DNA of 64,000 nucleotides from Acetobacteraceae bacterium (GTDB lineage Bacteria; Bacillota; Sulfobacillia; JAIMBG01): NCBI GenBank assembly GCA_023511555.1, contig JAIMBG010000001.1, positions 961 to 64,960 of the forward strand, read 5' to 3'. Shown piece by piece: positions 58,262 to 64,000 of this stretch (position 1 is its first letter; each line of letters starts with the position of its first letter). The notes under the pieces were generated by a model. It saw only the letters and a program-made list of their open reading frames with translations, ran no database searches and was not told where the DNA came from. The position numbers and the translations under genes were made by a program.

Positions 58262-59578
58262 GTGGGACAGCTCCTCCTGCTCCTGGCCGAGGGCCCCCGC
58301 CAGGTCTTGTCCCGCGTGCCATCCCGCGTTTTCGCCCGGCTGGAGGAGATCCGCCTCCGCGCCGGCCAGCCGCTCATGGTCGGCTGGGCGGGGGGTGAGG
58401 CTGCCGTCGGGGAGGAGGGAGGCTTCGCTCTGGGCCCACCGCCTGCTGGTCCACGCGCGCAGGCCGGCGCCTCCCGCGCCGGGGGCGCCTTCCGGCCCTA
58501 CCTGGTCACTCGCGAGGACGTCTCGCGCACCCTTCAGCTCATTACCCGCTCCTCGGTGTACGCGCTGGAGGAGGAACTGCGGCAGGGCTACCTCACGCTT
58601 CCCGGGGGGCACCGGGTGGGCCTGGCCGGACAGGCGGTACTGGAGGGCGGGCGGGTGCAGCGGCTGCGACACGTGGGGTCGTTGTGCCTGCGCATCGCCC
58701 GCCAGGTGCTAGGGGCGGCCGACCCGGTGATGCCGTTCCTGGTAGGGTGCGGCCCTGGCCGCCCCTGCAGCCCCGACCCCGGGGCCGATCCCCTCGGCCT
58801 GCGGGCCGCCCCCGACCCAGAGGCCGGCCCGACGAGGCCTGCGGGGCGGCCGTCCCCCGCCGAGCTCTCGTTCCGCGGTCCCGCGTCCTCCCCACCCAGG
58901 GTTGCGAGCGCGCTGATCGTTTCCCCTCCGCTGGCCGGCAAGACCACCGTGCTCCGGGACATCGCCCGGCAGCTCTCCGAGGGCGTGCCCCGCCTGGGCT
59001 TCCCCGGACTGAAGGTGGGGGTGGTGGATGAGCGGTCGGAGCTGGCCGCCTGCTTTGAGGGGGTGCCGCAGTTGCGGCTGGGGCCGAGGACCGACGTGCT
59101 CGACGCCTGCCCCAAGGCCGAGGGCATGACCATGCTGATCCGGGCGACGTCGCCCCAGGTGATTGTGACCGACGAGTTCGGGCGCCCCGCCGACGCCGAG
59201 GCCGCCCGCGAGGCAATGAACTCCGGCGTTGCCCTCATCACCTCCGCCCACGCCGCCGACCTCAAGGAGCTCCTGCGCCGCCCCAGCCTGAAGGACCTTC
59301 TAGCCGAAGGGGCCTTCCGCTGGATCGTCTTGCTGGGCGAGTCCCTGGGGCGGGGGACGGTGGAGGCGGTGTTCGACGGCCGGACCATGGAGCCGGTGCT
59401 GGCGGCGCCGCTGGCCCCAGGCCCGGCCGTGGGGCTGGACTCGCCGGAGGGGTTGGAGGGGCAGGAGGCGGCTCTGGCCCCGGCCGTTCTGGAGGTGACA
59501 GCGGGTGTGGTTCAAGATGATGGGCGCCGCCCTGGTGCTCGTGGCCTCCGCCTGGTTCGGCCAGATGGTGGCCTCTAA
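58262..59578 (+). CDS. spoIIIAA: Stage III sporulation protein AA (AAA+ ATPase of the feeding-tube channel)
   Basis: Collinear with B. subtilis SpoIIIAA (…YALEEELRQGYLTLPGGHRVGLAG…IARQVLG…; Walker A SPPLAGKTTVLRDIARQLS). GTG 58262 after GGAG. A Pro-rich insertion precedes the Walker A. Maximal ORF 58166. Confidence 0.85.
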   Translation: MGQLLLLLAEGPRQVLSRVPSRVFARLEEIRLRAGQPLMVGWAGGEAAVGEEGGFALGPPPAGPRAQAGASRAGGAFRPYLVTREDVSRTLQLITRSSVYALEEELRQGYLTLPGGHRVGLAGQAVLEGGRVQRLRHVGSLCLRIARQVLGAADPVMPFLVGCGPGRPCSPDPGADPLGLRAAPDPEAGPTRPAGRPSPAELSFRGPASSPPRVASALIVSPPLAGKTTVLRDIARQLSEGVPRLGFPGLKVGVVDERSELAACFEGVPQLRLGPRTDVLDACPKAEGMTMLIRATSPQVIVTDEFGRPADAEAAREAMNSGVALITSAHAADLKELLRRPSLKDLLAEGAFRWIVLLGESLGRGTVEAVFDGRTMEPVLAAPLAPGPAVGLDSPEGLEGQEAALAPAVLEVTAGVVQDDGRRPGARGLRLVRPDGGL

Positions 59579-60026
59579 CTATGCCGCGCGGCCCCGGGAG
59601 ATCGCGGCGCTCGCCGCCGGCCTCCAGTTTTTGGAGACCGAAATAGTCTACGGCTCGACGCCCCTCCCCGCGGCCCTGGGCCGGGTGGGGCGGGAGGTGG
59701 AGGGGCCGGCAGGCGCACCGTTCCGGCGGGCGGCGGAGCTTCTCGAGGGCGGGGGAGCTCCCTCTGCCGCCGAGGCCTGGCGCCAGGCCCTTGAGGAGTG
59801 CTGGAAGGAGACGGCCATGGACCGGGCCGACCTAGAGGCCGTAGCGGCGCTGGGCCCCACCCTGGGCGCTTCCGACCGCGCCGACCAGTCCCGGCACCTG
59901 AGGTCGGCCGTGGAGCGGCTCAAGCGCCGGGAGCAGGTGGCGTCCGACGAGCGGGCCAGGAACGAGGGGATGTGGCGGTACCTCGGCATCCTGGGCGGCG
60001 CGGCCGTGGTGCTGCTGCTGATTTAG
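59505..60026 (+). CDS. spoIIIAB: Stage III sporulation protein AB
   Basis: …ARPREIAALAAGLQFLETEIVYGSTPL… aligns with B. subtilis SpoIIIAB (…ERPRQIRQLRAALQSLEAEIMYGHTPL…). Confidence 0.8.
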   Translation: MWFKMMGAALVLVASAWFGQMVASNYAARPREIAALAAGLQFLETEIVYGSTPLPAALGRVGREVEGPAGAPFRRAAELLEGGGAPSAAEAWRQALEECWKETAMDRADLEAVAALGPTLGASDRADQSRHLRSAVERLKRREQVASDERARNEGMWRYLGILGGAAVVLLLI

Positions 60027-60062
60027 GGCGGCGATGGTCGCGCCGGAAAGGCGGGTCGGAGG

Positions 60063-60257
60063 GTGGACATCGAGCTGGTGTTCAGGATAGCGGCCATCGG
60101 CATCCTGGTAGCCATCCTGCACACAGTACTGCAGAGGGCGGGGCGGGACGAGCTGGGCCAGCTCGCCACCCTGGTGGGCGTCGTCATCGTGCTGGTGTGG
60201 GTGATCCGCCTGGTGCGGCAGCTCTTTGACACGGTGCGGGTCATGTTCCAGCTCTAG
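60063..60257 (+). CDS. spoIIIAC: Stage III sporulation protein AC
   Basis: 64-aa two-TM protein, MDIELVFRIAAIGILVAILHTVLQRAGRDE…, SpoIIIAC-like. Confidence 0.85.
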   Translation: MDIELVFRIAAIGILVAILHTVLQRAGRDELGQLATLVGVVIVLVWVIRLVRQLFDTVRVMFQL

Positions 60258-60318
60258 TCCTGGCGCCGCGGGGCGGGGGCAAAGACCCCCGCTTCGGGCC
60301 CCGCTGGGGGGACGGGGG

Positions 60319-60714
60319 ATGGCGGGGTTGGACCTGTTCCAGGTGGTGGGGTTCGGGCTGGTGGCGGCGCTCATCCTGGTGGTGCTGCGTCAGCACCGGC
60401 CGGAGGTGGCCCTGGGGCTTAGCCTGGCGGTGGGCGCCATCATCTTTCTCTTCCTGGCCGGGCGGCTCTCCTCGGTCATCGGCGTCCTGGGCCAGGTGGC
60501 CCGGCGCTCCCAGGTGAGCCTGGCCTACCTCGGCACCGTGCTCCGGGTGATCGGCGTTGCCTACCTCACGGAGTTCGGGGCCCAGGTCTGCCGCGACGCC
60601 GGAGAGGGCGCGGTGGCGGCCAAGGTGGAGCTGGCAGGCAAGGTGGCCATCCTGCTCCTCGCCGCCCCGGTGGTGGTGGCGGTCCTCGACCTCATACTGC
60701 GGCTCCTGGCGTAG
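60319..60714 (+). CDS. spoIIIAD: Stage III sporulation protein AD
   Basis: ATG 60319; MAGLDLFQVVGFGLVAALILVVLRQHRPE… four-TM SpoIIIAD pattern. Confidence 0.85.
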   Translation: MAGLDLFQVVGFGLVAALILVVLRQHRPEVALGLSLAVGAIIFLFLAGRLSSVIGVLGQVARRSQVSLAYLGTVLRVIGVAYLTEFGAQVCRDAGEGAVAAKVELAGKVAILLLAAPVVVAVLDLILRLLA

Positions 60715-60720
60715 ACTGCG

Positions 60721-62100
60721 GTGGGACAGCGCGGCGCGGCTGCAGCTTTGGGGGGGTGCCCGCGGCGTGCAGGTGGCGGCGGCTGCCGGCGCCTCCCGCT
60801 GGCGCTGGCGCTGGCGCTGATCCTGGGCCTGGCGGCGGCCGCGGTGCTCGGGGGTGGCGTGGTGGCTGGGGCTGCCGGGGGGGAGTCCTCCCTACCCCAA
60901 CCTCCAGAGGAGCCTTCCGGAAGCCCGTCCGGGTCCGGGCCCGCTGGGGGGCTGCCAGAGGGCGGGTCCGGGGACGGCGCGGGGCCCTGGCCGGTCCTGG
61001 CCCCGGATGAAGAGGCCTGGCTTGAGGAGCAGGCCGGGGCGCTGGGCCTGGAGCGGGCGGAGGAGGTGCTGCGCGGGGCCACCCAGGAGTGGCGGGCATA
61101 TCTCCCCGACCTGAGTCTCAAGGGCATGGCGGACCGGCTGCGCCAGGGCAGGTTCCCCCTGGACCTCGGCGGCCTGGGCCGGGGGCTGCTGCGCTATGGA
61201 TTTCGGGAGGCCTTGGCGGGTCTGAGGCTCCTGGGCCAGCTCCTGGGCCTGGCCGTGGTCTGTGCGCTGCTCGGCGCACTGGAGGCGGCCGTGTCCCGGG
61301 GAGGGGTAGGCCGGCTGGCGCACTCCGTATGTTACCTGGCCCTGGTCAGCCTGGCCCTGGCTGGCCTCCTGGTGGCGCTGGACGTGGCGCGGGGCACGCT
61401 CCAGGGCATGGTCTCCTTCATGCTGGCGCTGCTTCCGATGCTGGTGGCGCTTCTCGCCGCCGTGGGTGCCCCGGTCACCGCCGGCCTGTTCCACCCTCTT
61501 ATGGTGGCCGTCGTCCACACCGTGGCGCTGGGTGCGGCCCAGGTGGCCTTCCCCCTCCTGGTGTTCTCCGTGGCCCTGGACTCCGTGGGGCACCTGGCGC
61601 CCGAGCACCGGCTCGCCGGGCTTTCTGCGCTGTTCCGCCAGCTTGCCATCGCCGGCGTGGGGGTTCTGCTCTGCCTGTTCCTGGGGGCTTCGGTGGTACT
61701 GGGGGCGGGAGGCGCCGTGGCCGATGGGGTGGCGCTGAGGACCGCCAAGTTCCTGTCTAGCACCTTCGTCCCGGTGGTAGGCAAGATGTTCTCCGACGCC
61801 AGCGAGGTCATACTGGGCTCTTCGCTCCTGCTTAAGAGCGCGGTGGGGCTGTCGGGGGCGGTGGCGGTCGTGGCCCTGGCTGCCTTCCCCCTGGTCAAGC
61901 TGCTGTCGCTGGTGCTGGTGTTCCGAGTGGGGGCGGCCCTGGCCCAGCCCGTGGCCGGGGCCGGGGTGGCGGGGTGCCTGGAGTCCATGGGGTCGGCGCT
62001 CACTCTGGTTCTGCTGATCCTGGCCGCTGTGGCCCTGATGTTCTTCCTGTCCCTTGTCCTGGTGCTGGGAGCCGGAAGCGCCGCGGTGATGCTGCGCTGA
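60721..62100 (+). CDS. spoIIIAE: Stage III sporulation protein AE
   Basis: Signal/low-complexity N-terminus, then the SpoIIIAE polytopic core (…GMVSFMLALLPMLVALLAAVGAPVTAGLFHPLMV…). Confidence 0.85.
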   Translation: MGQRGAAAALGGCPRRAGGGGCRRLPLALALALILGLAAAAVLGGGVVAGAAGGESSLPQPPEEPSGSPSGSGPAGGLPEGGSGDGAGPWPVLAPDEEAWLEEQAGALGLERAEEVLRGATQEWRAYLPDLSLKGMADRLRQGRFPLDLGGLGRGLLRYGFREALAGLRLLGQLLGLAVVCALLGALEAAVSRGGVGRLAHSVCYLALVSLALAGLLVALDVARGTLQGMVSFMLALLPMLVALLAAVGAPVTAGLFHPLMVAVVHTVALGAAQVAFPLLVFSVALDSVGHLAPEHRLAGLSALFRQLAIAGVGVLLCLFLGASVVLGAGGAVADGVALRTAKFLSSTFVPVVGKMFSDASEVILGSSLLLKSAVGLSGAVAVVALAAFPLVKLLSLVLVFRVGAALAQPVAGAGVAGCLESMGSALTLVLLILAAVALMFFLSLVLVLGAGSAAVMLR

Positions 62101-62183
62101 TGGGCGCCGGGCCGAAGGCGGGGCCTCGCCCCTTTCGGGGGCGTACGCTTCACCGCGCGGTCGGCCAGCGCCGCTGACAGCGT

Positions 62184-63020
62184 GTGGGCTGGCGCTGTGC
62201 CGCAGTGGAGCGGGGGGTGTGGTTGGTGTGGGCGGCCGTCCTCTCCTGGGCGCGGGCCTGGGTGTCAGGCCTGGTGGTGGCGGTCCTCCTCGCCGGGCTG
62301 GTGGAGATGGTGCTGCCCCGCGGGGAGACCCGACGCTACGTGCGGCTGGTCACGGGCCTGGTGGTGCTGCTGGCAGTGGCCCTGCCGCTGTTCAGCCTGG
62401 TGCGCATGGAGCTGGCGCCGGCGGGGGGCGCCACAGGCCAGGCGGGCACCGGGGGGCTGGCCCCGCCCGGTCAGCCGGCCCCCCCTGCGGCCCCGCGCTC
62501 CCCAGCCCTCGGCGCCCTGGCGGAGTTCAACCGCCGGGCCTCGCTGAGCCTGGCGCAGTGGGGGCTGGAGCGCCAGGTGGAGGGCATGGCTCTAGGCAGC
62601 GGCGGGGTGGCTGCGGCCCGGGCCAGCGTGCAGCTCGAGGGCGGCCAGGACGGCGCCCCGCCGCGGGTTTCGTGGGTGTTCCTGCAGGTCTGGCCCCAGC
62701 AGGCGCCGGGGGTCCGCGGCATACGCCCCATAGAGCCCGTCACGGTGGGCAGGGGCCTCGGCCGGGTGGCGCCGGCCGCGGTCGGCGGCGGGGAGGGAGG
62801 GGGTGCCCCGGTGCCGTCCCCTCAGGCCCAGGGCTCCGGCCCCGCCGGCCAGGGGGCGGGCGCGGGGGCGGGGGCCGCGGCCGATGCCGTGGAGCTGGGC
62901 CGGAGCCTCCGGGCGGCCGTGGCCCGCACCCTGGGGGTGGAACTCCGCCGGGTGAGGGTCCAGGTGGAGCCGGCGGGCGCACTACCAGCGGCTGGTTCCG
63001 GGGCGGGCGGCCAGGGGTGA
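62184..63020 (+). CDS. spoIIIAF: Stage III sporulation protein AF
   Basis: Two N-terminal TM helices (…VAVLLAGLVEMVLP…YVRLVTGLVVLLAVALPLFSLV) as in SpoIIIAF; low-complexity C-terminal half. Confidence 0.7.
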   Translation: MGWRCAAVERGVWLVWAAVLSWARAWVSGLVVAVLLAGLVEMVLPRGETRRYVRLVTGLVVLLAVALPLFSLVRMELAPAGGATGQAGTGGLAPPGQPAPPAAPRSPALGALAEFNRRASLSLAQWGLERQVEGMALGSGGVAAARASVQLEGGQDGAPPRVSWVFLQVWPQQAPGVRGIRPIEPVTVGRGLGRVAPAAVGGGEGGGAPVPSPQAQGSGPAGQGAGAGAGAAADAVELGRSLRAAVARTLGVELRRVRVQVEPAGALPAAGSGAGGQG

Positions 63021-63062
63021 CGGCCTGGGCCCAGGGCGGGGAGGCGGAGGTCAAGGGGAGGG

Positions 63063-63785
63063 ATGGCGGGGATGGCGGGGCGTCTCCTGAACCTGCGGGA
63101 TTCTCAGCGCCGGGGGCTGTGGCGGCTTGTTGTGCTGGGAGCGGCGGGGGTCGTCCTGCTGAGCCTGGGCGGACTGTCCTCGCCGGGGGTTTCCTGCGTC
63201 GCCCCGGCGGCCGGCCCCGCGTCCGCGCCCGTCGGCGGGGAGGCGGGGGGGGTGCAGCAAGGATCGGAGGCGGTCCCGGCGGCGTCTCTCGGCAGGTACG
63301 GTACCGTGGCGGAGGCCGTGGCGGGGACCGGTTACGGTCGCGTCCCGGCGGCGCCCACCACGGCCGAGGACTGGCAGAAGGAGCTGGAGGCTTCTTTGGA
63401 GCGCGTTCTCAGCCAGATAGAGGGTGCGGGGAAGGTGGTGGTCATGGTGGCGCTGGCCTCTGGCCCCCGCTGGGTGCCGGCCCGTCAGCCCACGGAGCGG
63501 ACCACCCGCACCGAAGAGCGGGACGCCGGCGGGGGCACACGGACCGTGGTCGAGGAGGAGAGGTCGTCCCCGGTGGTGGTGGAGCGCAGAGAGGGGGGAG
63601 GGGAGCAAGCGATGGTGGAGGAGGTGCGGGGGCCTGAGGTCACGGGGGCGGTGGTGGTGGCCGACGGAGCCGCCGACCCCGAGGTGCGGTCCCGGCTGGT
63701 GCTGGCGGCGTGCACCGCCCTGGGGCTGCCGGCGCACCGGGTGGTGGTACTGCCTTCCAGGGGAGGTGGGGCGCGTGCCAGGTAG
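63063..63785 (+). CDS. spoIIIAG: Stage III sporulation protein AG
   Basis: …LERVLSQIEGAGKVVVMVAL…VRGPEVTGAVVVADGAADPEVRSRLVLAACTALGLPAHRVVVLP aligns with B. subtilis SpoIIIAG (…ILSQIEGVGDVKVMINL…IRGVLIVAEGAEDPQIK…VLDVPTHKISVLP). Confidence 0.8.
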   Translation: MAGMAGRLLNLRDSQRRGLWRLVVLGAAGVVLLSLGGLSSPGVSCVAPAAGPASAPVGGEAGGVQQGSEAVPAASLGRYGTVAEAVAGTGYGRVPAAPTTAEDWQKELEASLERVLSQIEGAGKVVVMVALASGPRWVPARQPTERTTRTEERDAGGGTRTVVEEERSSPVVVERREGGGEQAMVEEVRGPEVTGAVVVADGAADPEVRSRLVLAACTALGLPAHRVVVLPSRGGGARAR

Positions 63786-64000
63786 GGTGAGAAACCTCAG
63801 CAGGTTCCTGCTGTTGGCCCTGATCGTGGTACTGATCAGCCTCTATGTCGTGTCGAGGTTTGCGCAGTTCCGGCAGGCGGACATGGTTCAGGCTCCGGCC
63901 GGCGAGTCGGGCTCCCTCCCCGGGGGCGGGCTGGGGCAGGGGCCGGAGGCCGGTGCGTCCGGGGGTGCGCCAGGGGAAGCGCTGGCCGGAGAGGAGGCTG
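63775..64000 (+). CDS. spoIIIAH: Stage III sporulation protein AH (N-terminal part; continues beyond window)
   Basis: GTG 63775 or 63787; N-terminal TM (…NLSRFLLLALIVVLISLYVVSRF…) at the expected position after spoIIIAG. Confidence 0.55.
   Translation, partial: MPGRVRNLSRFLLLALIVVLISLYVVSRFAQFRQADMVQAPAGESGSLPGGGLGQGPEAGASGGAPGEALAGEEA

Noticed and set aside
60780-60830. Tandem hexamer repeats (CTGGCG)n
   Set aside because: They encode the Leu-Ala-rich hydrophobic core of the SpoIIIAE signal/TM region. This is coding-driven repetition, not a regulatory repeat or CRISPR. No repeat-spacer arrays exist anywhere in the window.

Overview
The window is very GC-rich, and the GC bias produces many long spurious antisense ORFs. 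The gene content (a spoIIIA operon, a pepP-efp-spoIIIA arrangement, Tad pilus genes) fits a high-GC endospore-forming Clostridia-type genome such as Thermaerobacter or Symbiobacterium. Only the long minus-strand array (~37765 down to 9845) is arguably accessory; the other blocks look like core genome.

Gene blocks, in order:
- **1-1772 (-):** a secreted subtilisin-like S8 protease, truncated at the window edge.
- **2573-9683 (+):** a Tad/Flp pilus locus (cpaB, a cpaE/tadZ-like ATPase, cpaF, tadB, tadC, an Flp pilin, tadE, a TadE/G-like gene) behind a near-consensus sigma-A promoter.
- **~37765 down to 9845 (-):** a ~28 kb co-directional, tightly coupled array. It consists of an MFS transporter, a GNAT, a second MFS, a cytoplasmic 5'-nucleotidase, three signal-peptide-less SBP_bac_5 paralogs, a carrier protein, an ANL adenylating enzyme, an AsnB-like amidotransferase lacking the glutaminase domain, an APH-like kinase, a QueA paralog, a PqqD-like RRE, a 25-codon PqqA-like ORF, a second QueA, an HExxH peptidase, a 671-aa protein, an SDR, a MocA oxidoreductase, an AlkZ/YcaQ-like DNA glycosylase, then livKHMGF. 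I read the middle section as a candidate undescribed biosynthetic/RiPP-like system.
- **38294-42505 (+):** secreted and lipoprotein hypotheticals and a DUF3467 protein.
- **43545-52558 (+):** a tandem glycine riboswitch with terminator, then gcvT-gcvH-gcvPA-gcvPB, two radical-SAM genes (LipS1/LipS2-type lipoyl synthase candidates), lplA-like, lpdA.
- **52563-57760 (+):** ybaK-like, pepP, an Ldh-family oxidoreductase, efp, a PrsW-like membrane protein, a Gly-zipper small protein.
- **58262-64000 (+):** spoIIIAA-AH (AH partial).

No tRNA or rRNA genes, CRISPR arrays or mobile elements were seen.
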